Shown: piece by piece, positions 49,155-58,605 of the stretch
Layout: every line of letters begins with the position of its first letter
Position numbering within the stretch: the first letter of the stretch is position 1
Origin: Candidatus Falkowbacteria bacterium RIFOXYD12_FULL_34_57
GTDB lineage: Bacteria > Patescibacteriota > Patescibacteriia > Patescibacteriales > UBA12075
Assembly: GCA_001780285.1 (NCBI GenBank)
Contig: MFGN01000034.1
Location: 10,462-74,461 of the forward strand
Direction: 5' to 3'
Length of the DNA stretch: 64,000 nucleotides
Translations under genes and position numbers: made by a program
Notes under the pieces: generated by a model
The model's input: only the letters and a program-made list of their open reading frames with translations
Told to the model about the DNA's origin: nothing
The model's database searches: none

Positions 49155-50378
49155 TTACCCTTGATTTTTCCGCCATAAAAACCGTCTTATGGCTTTCCAG
49201 GATTCCCTGGGACCGGTGGTAATTTTAGATTGGTCCCCTGTTTGAAGGGCTTCCAGCCATTCTTGTACAAGAGCTTTATCTCCCCCTCCGTGAAAATCAG
49301 ACCCATCCGGATTTATATTGATTCTAAATACTTCTTCCCCCAAAAAATCCGTGAGAATAATTTCATTGGTGTTCATGTTTCCGCGAAGAACCATTTCACT
49401 TCCCTGAATAATAATTTCCCGACCGCCGATATTGAATCCGCTCATGGTAAAACCGGCTGTTACGCCGCCTTCATATTCCAGATTTACAACCTGATGATCA
49501 ACTACATTGTTATCACATTCATAAACACATCGCCCATAGGGTCCGGTTTCTATAGCCTTTATCAAATTATCTTCGTTAATATCATTGGTGAGAATGGTTA
49601 AAGGCCAACGCCGCCACCCCCTATCAAAGTGATCGCGCATATAAATCTTCAATGCCGAATAAACACACTTCGGCTCATGTGCGCAATTAATACATCTTTT
49701 AGCTTCTCCGGCCTTTTTTGGTTTTCTTTCCCTGTGAAAATGCAACAAAGAACCGAAAGAATGCACTTTTTTGCATTTCTTGCCAACCAAAAAACGCAAT
49801 ATATCAATATCATGGCAGGATTTAGCCAGAAGCATTGAAGATGTTTTATTCGTATTATTCCAGTTCCCGCGGACATAAGAATGTGCCATATGCCAATAAC
49901 CGACATTTTCAAAATGCTGGATATGAATCAGGTCGCCAATAATCTTTTTTTCATGAATCAGTTCATGCAATTTTTTAAAAAACTTCGTATACCGCAGCAC
50001 ATGGCAAACGGTGAGCATCACATTATTTTTTTCTGCTGCTTCTACGATCTTTTTACATTCTTCCAGTGTCGGAGCCATGGGCTTTTCCAAAAGAATATGA
50101 TATCCTAGATCAGCACAGGCAATTGCCGGCTCGGTATGCATATTGTCCTGCGTAGCAATAACCACTGCATCCACATTTCTTTTTTTCTTTATAAAATCTT
50201 TCCAGTCTTTAAAAATCATATCCTTCTCAATATTCGGAAACAGCTGTAAAACTTTCTTAATCCGATCTTTATTTGGATCAACCACGCCGACAACTATCTC
50301 ATCCTGACCACAAACCAATATCTCTTCCGCGTATCCCAACCCTCTACTTCCAATGCCGATAATCACTATTTTTTTCAT
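49155..50378 (-). CDS. Gfo/Idh/MocA oxidoreductase (C-terminal frameshift likely)
   Basis: IIGIGSRG, LEKPMA, CHVLRY, HSYVRGNW, KSCHDID and HGGGD motifs. Confidence 0.9.
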   Translation of the reverse strand: MKKIVIIGIGSRGLGYAEEILVCGQDEIVVGVVDPNKDRIKKVLQLFPNIEKDMIFKDWKDFIKKKRNVDAVVIATQDNMHTEPAIACADLGYHILLEKPMAPTLEECKKIVEAAEKNNVMLTVCHVLRYTKFFKKLHELIHEKKIIGDLIHIQHFENVGYWHMAHSYVRGNWNNTNKTSSMLLAKSCHDIDILRFLVGKKCKKVHSFGSLLHFHRERKPKKAGEAKRCINCAHEPKCVYSALKIYMRDHFDRGWRRWPLTILTNDINEDNLIKAIETGPYGRCVYECDNNVVDHQVVNLEYEGGVTAGFTMSGFNIGGREIIIQGSEMVLRGNMNTNEIILTDFLGEEVFRININPDGSDFHGGGDKALVQEWLEALQTGDQSKITTGPRESWKAIRRFLWRKNQG

Positions 50379-50391
50379 TAAATCCCTCCTT

Positions 50392-51294
50392 TTATAAATT
50401 AAATATCAAAACTATTCCGATTAAAATCAATACTGCCGAAAACCATTGCTGTTTGCTCAGTTTTTCCTTTAAAAAAAATTTCCCATACAGCGTAGAAACC
50501 AGTGGGTTGGATGAAAAAATAGCGGCTACAATACTTACTTCTCCCATACCAATCCCTAAATTAAAAAACAAACTGGCAATACCGCCGCTTAAGCCCACCA
50601 AAATCAAACATTTCAAATCTCTTTTATTCGGCAAACAAAAAGATTCTTTTATTATTTTCATATTAATGGCGCCGCAAATCATAATTCCTGATTCAATAAT
50701 CAGGGAGGTGAGAACAGGTCCCAATATAGTGACGGGTATTTTAATAACACAATAACTAAAACCCCAAAGTACGCAACTGACAAGCGCATACCCAATACCG
50801 CTGGATACCAAGAAATCTTTTAGGCTCAATTCTGATAAACCACCGCTATTCATAATAATCCCCAAAACTATCAAGGAAATCGGAATTAGTTTGGCGATCG
50901 TGATAGATTCTCCGAAAAACAATACTGAAAATAAAGCTGAAAACATTACTGCGGATCCAGCTATCGGGGTAACTACCCCCAATTTGCCAACCATTAGTGC
51001 TTTGGCAAAAGTAAGCACTGGAACATAAGAAACAATTGCTATTAAAGAGGCAATAAATATATATTTAGGTCCTATCTGTGTTGATAATAAGTTACCAAAA
51101 AAACAAGCCCTGCCCACCGGTAAACAGGAATACAAAAATACCAAAGCCATCAAAATTGTAATAAAAAAATTACGATAAAAAATAACTTTAGCCGGATTTA
51201 TCTTCTTTGCAATATTACCCACAAATACGCTATTTAGACCAATGCTAAACATAGCAATCAATCCAAATATAATGCTTAGCACATGATTATCCAT
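50392..51294 (-). CDS. EamA/DMT transporter
   Basis: About 10 TM helices in two EamA repeats (FFGE, FLKE). Confidence 0.88.
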   Translation of the reverse strand: MDNHVLSIIFGLIAMFSIGLNSVFVGNIAKKINPAKVIFYRNFFITILMALVFLYSCLPVGRACFFGNLLSTQIGPKYIFIASLIAIVSYVPVLTFAKALMVGKLGVVTPIAGSAVMFSALFSVLFFGESITIAKLIPISLIVLGIIMNSGGLSELSLKDFLVSSGIGYALVSCVLWGFSYCVIKIPVTILGPVLTSLIIESGIMICGAINMKIIKESFCLPNKRDLKCLILVGLSGGIASLFFNLGIGMGEVSIVAAIFSSNPLVSTLYGKFFLKEKLSKQQWFSAVLILIGIVLIFNL

Positions 51295-51416
51295 CGCATT
51301 TTCTCCAATATTAAATATTATTATTTTTAAAGATCAATTCAAAAAACATTACCATAAAAAAAGTATTATGTCAATAAAAAAAGAGCTGATTTTTCAACTC
51401 TTTTGGCTCTTTGTTT

Positions 51417-51812
51417 TTAGTTTTTTTTCTTTGATAAAATCTGAAATCCGTATTTTTCAATTTTTGGAGATATTCTTAGGGACAAAAAAATTCTTCCTTC
51501 CCGCAACACTTCCAGTTCTTTTTGAAAAAAATCCTTCATTGATTCCAATGTATCGCCACGATACTCAAAACCCTGCAGAAAAATAATATGGCCTTCATAA
51601 AAATGAAATTTTAATTGCAGGGTATAAAAAATTCCTTTTTGAATATTTACGTCTTCTGTGAGCATTAAATCGGCCTTTAATACTCTCTCTATCAGACCAA
51701 GCCTGACTAAAACCCCAATCATTCTGGGCTGCTCATGAATAGATACGCCGTTTATCTCTTTGATGTTGGAAACATCAATAATCACTTCTTCTTTTAAAAT
51801 AACATGACACAT
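51417..51812 (-). CDS. Hypothetical protein
   Basis: 131-aa ORF with AGGGGG SD. Confidence 0.55.
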   Translation of the reverse strand: MCHVILKEEVIIDVSNIKEINGVSIHEQPRMIGVLVRLGLIERVLKADLMLTEDVNIQKGIFYTLQLKFHFYEGHIIFLQGFEYRGDTLESMKDFFQKELEVLREGRIFLSLRISPKIEKYGFQILSKKKN

Positions 51813-51921
51813 AAATCCCCCTGCTGTTATTTGTTTTTTCTCTAAAAGATAATAAAAAAATAGCAGATCTGTGCTATTTAGTCAAGCTGATTACATGCCC
51901 CCGAGATTATGTGCCGCGCAA

Positions 51922-52497
51922 TTAAATAAAAGGATTTTCCATATCGAAAACTATTTTGGGAATATTATTATTCACCTTATCAATATTCATATTGTATTTT
52001 TCACTGTACCACATATCCGTAGAACCGAAGGCTGCCGTGCTATAATCAAAACCAATCCTTTCCGAAACCATTTTAATTTCATTTTCAGATTTTCCTTCCA
52101 CCTCCACAAACGGCTCTAAAAACGGCCATTCATCAATAGTTATTTCTGTGCCGTCCAGTTTCCACAATTCTCTTTTCTTCTCTTGATAAGATACCTGCTC
52201 ACAGCCGATGCCTATTAAAAACTTCTGAGCTTCTTCAAAATTATCAATTTTCAAATTTATCTCTTTTTGATCGTGCAACTTATCTCCGCTAACCACCTTA
52301 AAACTCATAGTAATCCTATCCCCCTCATCCCGCACCCTTACCCATCCACCAAAAACTTCATGCCCCTTGGGCATATTAAAAATCAAACTTTTTTGTAAAT
52401 ACTCGGGTTGTACAAACTGCGCCCCAACATTTCTTAATCTCTCTCGAACCTCATCCTTGTTTATATTTTTATATGTAGCTTCATATTCAATATCCAT
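51922..52497 (-). CDS. CYTH domain protein
   Basis: EYE, WVRVR, EKKRE and FVEVEG motifs. Confidence 0.9.
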   Translation of the reverse strand: MDIEYEATYKNINKDEVRERLRNVGAQFVQPEYLQKSLIFNMPKGHEVFGGWVRVRDEGDRITMSFKVVSGDKLHDQKEINLKIDNFEEAQKFLIGIGCEQVSYQEKKRELWKLDGTEITIDEWPFLEPFVEVEGKSENEIKMVSERIGFDYSTAAFGSTDMWYSEKYNMNIDKVNNNIPKIVFDMENPFI

Positions 52498-52743
52498 ATT
52501 TTATCTCTTTAATATAATTATAATTTATATCTTAATACACATTAACACACTTGTCGAGCTTGGTCCCTAACAGAATTTGAAGAGGTAGAAGCCCCACCCC
52601 CTCAGCAAGTAACCCCTTAAAAATATATCCTGTTTTACTAAGAGTAAACATCCTCTGCTTTGAACACCTTTGGTCATACCCAGGTTCCATCCTTGGCAAT
52701 CAAACAACCAAAAACACCCTCTATACGAGGGTGATTTTGCTTG

Positions 52744-52816
52744 TCCGCCCAACAGGATTTGAACCTGTGACCTTCTGCTTAAAAGGCAGCTGCTCTACCG
52801 ACTGAGCTATGGGCGG
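52744..52816 (-). tRNA. tRNA-Lys(TTT)
   Basis: CCGCCCATAGCTCAGTCGGTAGAGC...CTTTTAA...GGTTCAAATCC...TGGGCGGA. Confidence 0.94.
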
Positions 52817-53008
52817 CTTAAAAATTTTATAAAAAAAACAAACTGCTTCTTGTTTGCAGAAAACTCTAAATTATAATATCATAAATATTTATTTTTGGCA
52901 AGAGCAAAAAAATCCTTTAAAATTGGGTTCGAATATGTATAAACAGTGGACAAGTTGTGAGGAAAAACAACTTGATAAAATTATTGCTGTCCTGTAATAT
53001 TTTAGTAT

Positions 53009-54400
53009 ATGAATACAACACAAATAAACGAAAAATTGCCGCCACAAAACATAGAAGCTGAACAATCTTTATTGTGCTGTCTTTTGATTGACAAAGATGC
53101 TATTATCAAAATTGCCGATATGGTTTCTGAAAATGATTTTTATAAAAGTGCGCATAAAATAATTTATGAAACCATGAAGGATCTTTATGCGCGTCATGAA
53201 CCAATTGATATTTTAAGTCTTTCAAATAGATTAGAAGAAAAAAGCAAGCTGGAAAGCGTGGGGGGCAGAACATATTTAGCTCATTTATCCAATTTCACAG
53301 CTACCTCGGCACATGTAGAACACTATGGAAACATCATTCAAAAAAAAGCAACCTTGCGAAGATTAATTGCGGCTTCCAGTGAAATTATGTCCCTTGGATA
53401 CCAAGAGGATGGAGATATTGATAAAATGCTCGATAGTGCCGAAAAAAAACTATTCGGTGTTTCTCAGCAATATCTAAAAAATGACTTTTCCCCTGTAGAC
53501 AGCCTGTTGAATGATGCTTTTGAGCGTATTGATGACCTGCACAAACAGGGTGGAAAACTTCGAGGAATACCAACTGGTTTTGCAGACATGGATAATCTGC
53601 TGTCCGGATTTCAAAAATCAGATTTGATAATTTTAGCCGCCCGTCCCAGTGTGGGAAAAACAACCTTTGCCCTAGATATTGCCAGACAAGCCGCATTAAG
53701 GGGAAAAATATCCGTAGGAATCTTTTCTTTGGAAATGAGTAAGGAACAACTAATTGATCGCCTCCTGTGTTCTCAGGCAAATGTAAATTTGTTTCGTATG
53801 CGCGGCGGAAAATTATCCGATAAAGAGGATAATAATGAATTTGCCAAAATAGGAGAAGCTATGGGGCAGTTGTCAGAGGCGCAAATATTTATTGATGATT
53901 CTCCGAATTGTTCTGTTATGGAAATCAGATCGAAGGCTCGCCGCCTGCAAATGGAAAAGGGGTTGGATATGCTTTTAGTGGATTACCTACAGCTCATGGA
54001 GGGTCGTGGACAATATAAAGATAATCGTGTTCAAGAAGTGTCCGAAATCAGCCGTGGACTCAAGGGAATCGCCAGAGAATTAAATATTCCGGTTATAGCC
54101 CTTTCCCAGCTTTCCCGCGCCGTGGAACAATCCAAACCATCTATTCCAAAACTATCCCACCTTCGAGATTCTGGATCCATTGAGCAGGATGCTGATATTG
54201 TAATGTTTATTTATAGAAAAGCCGCTGACCGCAACTATAATAAAGAAGAACTGCCAATAGACGAAAAACACAAAGCGGAAATATATATAGCCAAGCACAG
54301 AAACGGACCGACCGGATCTGTAAATCTGTACTTTGACGAAAACTCGGTCAGCTTTAAAAATTTTGACCAGATATCTGAAGAAAATGCTTATAACTTCTAA
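53009..54400 (+). CDS. dnaB: Replicative DNA helicase
   Basis: PPQNIEAEQ, AARPSVGKT, FSLEMS, DYLQLM, LSQLSR, LRDSGSIEQDAD and KHRNGPTG motifs. Confidence 0.98.
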   Translation: MNTTQINEKLPPQNIEAEQSLLCCLLIDKDAIIKIADMVSENDFYKSAHKIIYETMKDLYARHEPIDILSLSNRLEEKSKLESVGGRTYLAHLSNFTATSAHVEHYGNIIQKKATLRRLIAASSEIMSLGYQEDGDIDKMLDSAEKKLFGVSQQYLKNDFSPVDSLLNDAFERIDDLHKQGGKLRGIPTGFADMDNLLSGFQKSDLIILAARPSVGKTTFALDIARQAALRGKISVGIFSLEMSKEQLIDRLLCSQANVNLFRMRGGKLSDKEDNNEFAKIGEAMGQLSEAQIFIDDSPNCSVMEIRSKARRLQMEKGLDMLLVDYLQLMEGRGQYKDNRVQEVSEISRGLKGIARELNIPVIALSQLSRAVEQSKPSIPKLSHLRDSGSIEQDADIVMFIYRKAADRNYNKEELPIDEKHKAEIYIAKHRNGPTGSVNLYFDENSVSFKNFDQISEENAYNF

Positions 54401-54492
54401 TCATTTTAATATTAAAACATTTTAACATGTTAACAAAAAAGTGAAAATTAAAATTTTGCATTTTAATTTTTGCATTTTGATTTCTTTATTTT

Positions 54493-54768
54493 ATGTTCAA
54501 TAAACTTAAACATTTAAAAGACTTGCGCAACACTGCCAAGCAAATGCAAAATGCGCTATCCGGAGAAAGTATAACAATTGAAAAAAACGGCGTTACGGTC
54601 ACCATGAACGGCAATATGGAGGTTACACAAATTATCATCAATGAAAATCTACGCAAAGAAAGTCTGGAAGATATAATCAAAACCTGCACAAATGATGCTA
54701 TCAAAAAAACCCAAAGAGTTATGGCGCAAAAAATGCAGGAAATGGGTGGTTTTCCGGGATTGGGATAA
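54493..54768 (+). CDS. ybaB: YbaB/EbfC nucleoid-associated protein
   Basis: AKQMQ..L, GVTVTMNG and NDAIKK motifs; near recR. Confidence 0.85.
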   Translation: MFNKLKHLKDLRNTAKQMQNALSGESITIEKNGVTVTMNGNMEVTQIIINENLRKESLEDIIKTCTNDAIKKTQRVMAQKMQEMGGFPGLG

Positions 54769-54874
54769 ATCTTTTTTCATCTAAAACTCGAAGTCCACAA
54801 TTTTCAAGCCAATTATTTAATTTAAAATCCCTTCGACTTGTGCCGAAGGGATTTTTTTGCTATTTTTGATGAGA

Positions 54875-55291
54875 TTATTCTTTTTTATTTGGTGGCGTGT
54901 CTTTTGGTTTGTTGTGAAAACCCTCCAAATACTTTACGGCCTGTGACCCGAAAAACACATAGGTGACCTGCTTAATGTTTGGGATTAATTCCCCCGGAAC
55001 CTCTATACCAACATATCTTCCGAGACTAAAAACTATACATCCCAAAATCCACCAGTAAATAACAAACCACTCCCCCATCCGTTGATCACGAATACCCCTG
55101 CCATAACGCCTGGCTCTCGTAAAAACTGCATAAGCAGTTACGATACAGAGATTTAACTCGGTCTCATTGGAGGTGACCCTACCAACTCCTGCCATTTCAA
55201 AAATAATCGATAAAACCATGTAAAAAAAGATAAAAACACACGCCGTAAATAACACCCTCTCTGTCTTCTCTCCTCTTTTGTCATCAACCAT
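54875..55291 (-). CDS. Hypothetical membrane protein
   Basis: AAGGAG SD, TTGACA promoter near 55378, hairpin at 54825-54858. Confidence 0.7.
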   Translation of the reverse strand: MVDDKRGEKTERVLFTACVFIFFYMVLSIIFEMAGVGRVTSNETELNLCIVTAYAVFTRARRYGRGIRDQRMGEWFVIYWWILGCIVFSLGRYVGIEVPGELIPNIKQVTYVFFGSQAVKYLEGFHNKPKDTPPNKKE

Positions 55292-55421
55292 GATATCTCT
55301 CCTTAATTTTAATATAATAAGAAAAAATTAATTTTAAGAAACTATTTATACTATAACATATTTTATTTATTTTGTCAAATTGGCTTGAAAAATAGTCCCC
55401 TATCCTGTATATTACAAATAT

Positions 55422-56018
55422 ATGAAATATCCTGAATCCATCCAAAATTTAATAGATTATTTTTCTAAATTACCAACTGTCGGGCCCAAAACAGCGGAAC
55501 GGTATGTTTTTTATTTATTAAGACAATCTGCGGAAGATTTACAAAAATTTGCCCAACTATTAGCAGAGTTAAAAGAAAAAACAACTTTATGCAAAACATG
55601 TTTTTCCATCTCCGATTCTAATCCGTGCCACATTTGCAGCAATCAAGAAAGAAATCAATCAATCATTTGTGTTGTTTCCACTCCACAAGATATGTCATCC
55701 CTGGAATCAACCAAAGAATTTACGGGACTTTACCATGTCTTGGGCGGAGTATTAAATGCTATTGAAGGAATAAAACCGGAACAATTAACAATTCAAAATT
55801 TATTAAATAGAATAAAAAATCAAAAAACCAAAGAAATAATACTTGCCCTAAGCCCCAACATAGAAGGAGAGACCACTTCCATGTATTTGACAAAACTGCT
55901 GAAACCTTATAAGGTAAAGATTACCCGACTAGCCAAAGGATTATCTACTGGGTCTAATCTGGAGTACGCGGATAAGTTGACACTTACTCATGCCTTAAAA
56001 TATAGAAACGAACTTTGA
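55422..56018 (+). CDS. recR: Recombination mediator RecR
   Basis: LPTVGPKTAER, C4 zinc finger, YHVLGG, EGETT and ITRLA.G motifs. Confidence 0.97.
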   Translation: MKYPESIQNLIDYFSKLPTVGPKTAERYVFYLLRQSAEDLQKFAQLLAELKEKTTLCKTCFSISDSNPCHICSNQERNQSIICVVSTPQDMSSLESTKEFTGLYHVLGGVLNAIEGIKPEQLTIQNLLNRIKNQKTKEIILALSPNIEGETTSMYLTKLLKPYKVKITRLAKGLSTGSNLEYADKLTLTHALKYRNEL

Positions 56019-56088
56019 AATAATTGATTAATTGTTTGATTAAATATAAGAACTTTAAAAATCCACAAAATGTAAAAGGAGAATTATA

Positions 56089-56685
56089 TTGGAAAAAAAA
56101 ATAGCAGTATTTGATTTAGATGATGTTATTGCGTCAACTATCGATGGAATTATGGAAATAATCCAGGAAGGTTTCGGTATCAAAATAGAAATGGCAGAAT
56201 TTCAAAATTTTCGATTTGAAAAAATACCAAAAATTTCCAAAAGATCAAAAGAACTGGAAAACATAATACGCACCCATGAATTTTTCATTGAAAGAAAAAT
56301 ATTGCCCGGGGCTCTGAATGGCCTTCAATTATTATCCCAAAAATACATCAATATTATCAGCACAGCCAGAAAAAGAAGGCTGAAAAAAACATCTCTTGAA
56401 TGGTGCAGACAAACAAACATTGATCCTTTCATTGCCAGATTATATTGCGGCAGACATAAACCATGGGTTATTATAAAAGAAAATGCCGAATTTTTTACTG
56501 ATGACAATATCAATGAACATAAAAAAATGTTTACCCTCAGTTGTAATCTGCAACAAATAATAGTAGACAAGCCATGGAATCAAAATTTTCAAGATAAACG
56601 GATTATCAGAAGCTGCGGCTGGACAAAAGAACATGCTTGGCGACCGGAAAAAAATTATCCTACAATTTTAGAAATCATGTTATAA
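56089..56685 (+). CDS. HAD-family 5'(3')-deoxyribonucleotidase-like protein
   Basis: FDLDDV, STAR, DD and PWN motifs; AAGGAG SD with TTG start. Confidence 0.8.
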   Translation: MEKKIAVFDLDDVIASTIDGIMEIIQEGFGIKIEMAEFQNFRFEKIPKISKRSKELENIIRTHEFFIERKILPGALNGLQLLSQKYINIISTARKRRLKKTSLEWCRQTNIDPFIARLYCGRHKPWVIIKENAEFFTDDNINEHKKMFTLSCNLQQIIVDKPWNQNFQDKRIIRSCGWTKEHAWRPEKNYPTILEIML

Positions 56686-56687
56686 AC

Positions 56688-56722
56688 AAAAAGCCTCGTA
56701 CGAAATTGTACGAGGCTTTTTT
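56688..56722. terminator. Bidirectional terminator
   Basis: AAAAAGCCTCGTAC-loop-GTACGAGGCTTTTT between convergent genes. Confidence 0.85.
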
Positions 56723-56756
56723 AAATTAAAGCGAAATTTAATTTAATTGGGGAAAC

Positions 56757-57074
56757 TTATGCAATACCAGAAATCTCTACTTTGGTAAATGCTTGCCTGT
56801 GTCCCTTGGTTCTTAGGTATCTGGTTTTATTTTTATATTTTACCACTAAAACTTTTTTATTTCTCCCCTGGTCTATAATCTTGCCTTCTACTTTAGCGCC
56901 CAATGATGGTTTGCCAATATTTATCTCTTTTCCGTCGGTGGTTGCTGTCATTAAAGTTTCAAACTTTATTTTTTTGTCTTTTTCACCCTCAATTTTTTCA
57001 ATCTTGATGGTTTGACCCTCTTTGACTTTGTATTGTTTTCCGCCTGTTTTGATAACTGCGATTTTGTCTGCCAT
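56757..57074 (-). CDS. rplU: 50S ribosomal protein L21
   Basis: AVIKTGGKQYKV and KGHRQ motifs. Confidence 0.98.
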   Translation of the reverse strand: MADKIAVIKTGGKQYKVKEGQTIKIEKIEGEKDKKIKFETLMTATTDGKEINIGKPSLGAKVEGKIIDQGRNKKVLVVKYKNKTRYLRTKGHRQAFTKVEISGIA

Positions 57075-57271
57075 ATAATTTAACTAGTATTTAGATTATT
57101 ATTAAGCTCTGTCTTAAGACAGAATAAAAATAATTGCTTTCGCAATATATCTGTTATTATACAGAATTATCAAAAAAAGTCAACAAGGACGCAAAACAAA
57201 GACTAAAAAGTAAAATCAATAAACAAAAATCATAGAAAAATATTTGTTTATAATGTTTTTGGTTTTTAGTT

Positions 57272-58474
57272 CTATTTGAGGTATTTCCTGTTCTTTAGCT
57301 CCTCCGGCAAATAATCTTGTTTTTCAGTATATCCATAATCCGGACTATATTTATATCCTCCTCCATATCCCAAATCACGCATTAAGTTGGTCGGAGCATT
57401 TCTGATATGCATTGGTACTGGCAAATTGCCGTATTTCTCAATATCAACCTTAATTTTATTATAAGCTGCATACAGTTCATTTGATTTTTTACATTTTGCC
57501 ATATAAACAACGGCTTGCGCTAAAATCACATTGCATTCCGGCATACCCAGAAAATGGCAAGCCTGATGCGCTGCTACCGCTTGTTCTAATGCGCGAGAAT
57601 TGGCAAGTCCAATATCTTCTGATGCAAATCTCACCAAGCGTCTGGCAATATAAAGAGGCTCTTCTCCACCCTCAAGCATGCGCGCCAGCCAATAGAGTGC
57701 TGCACTTGGGTCGGATCCGCGCATCGATTTGTGCAGGGCAGAGATAATATTATAATGCTCGTCCCCGTTTTTATCGTACATTAAATGTGATTTTTGAAAC
57801 GCTTCTTTAATTAATTCTGTGTTAATGTCAGTATTTACCTCGCTTGCATATTCTAGCGCGCTTAATGCGCTTCGCGCATCACCGTTGCTCATTTGGGCCA
57901 AAACAGAAATAGTTTCTTGAGATATTTTTAAATTCAAGTTTCCTAGTCCATTCTCTTTGTCTAAAAGGGCACGATTGATAATTTTAATAATACTGTCCTT
58001 ACTTAAACACTTCAACACAAAAACCCTACATCTTGAAAGAAGAGCGCTGCGCACCTCAAAACTGGGGTTCTCTGTGGTTGCACCAATTAATGTTACTATG
58101 CCCCTCTCAACATAGGGCAATAGCCCGTCTTGCTGTTTTTTATTCCATCTATGAATCTCATCAATAAAAAGAATTGTTTTTTTATTTATTTTAATGTTTT
58201 CCTTGGCCTTCAAAATAATATCGCGCAAATCCTTTAATCCGCTAGAGACGGCGCTAATTTCCTCGAATTGAGACTTGGTTTGCTCAGCAATAATACTGGC
58301 AAGTGTGGTTTTACCACTGCCCGGGGGTCCCCAAAAAATCATAGACGGCAATTTATCAACTTGAATTGCGTTTCTGAGCAACTTTCCTTTTCCAATAATT
58401 TCTTCTTGGCCATAAAAATCGTCTATTTTTTTGGGTCTAATGCGGGAAGCAAGCGGTAAATTAGCATTAATCAT
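57272..58474 (-). CDS. rarA: Replication-associated recombination protein A
   Basis: PLASRIRP, WGPPGSGKTT, DEIHR, GATTENP, ISALHKSMRGSD and ASEDIGLA motifs. Confidence 0.96.
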   Translation of the reverse strand: MINANLPLASRIRPKKIDDFYGQEEIIGKGKLLRNAIQVDKLPSMIFWGPPGSGKTTLASIIAEQTKSQFEEISAVSSGLKDLRDIILKAKENIKINKKTILFIDEIHRWNKKQQDGLLPYVERGIVTLIGATTENPSFEVRSALLSRCRVFVLKCLSKDSIIKIINRALLDKENGLGNLNLKISQETISVLAQMSNGDARSALSALEYASEVNTDINTELIKEAFQKSHLMYDKNGDEHYNIISALHKSMRGSDPSAALYWLARMLEGGEEPLYIARRLVRFASEDIGLANSRALEQAVAAHQACHFLGMPECNVILAQAVVYMAKCKKSNELYAAYNKIKVDIEKYGNLPVPMHIRNAPTNLMRDLGYGGGYKYSPDYGYTEKQDYLPEELKNRKYLK

Positions 58475-58605
58475 ATTTGTATTTTAGTGTATTAACAATA
58501 TAACTATATTATAAACGAACAAAAACCGAAAGTCAATCATGAAAAAAAATCGTTAATTAAATTAAGATTAACGACTTTTGTGATTGTATTAAATATTTAT
58601 ATAAC

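Noticed and set aside
52567..52752. 61-aa ORF after tRNA-Lys, or a prophage att site
   Set aside because: It starts inside the tRNA and crosses its terminator; no duplicated tRNA 3' end or integrase was seen.
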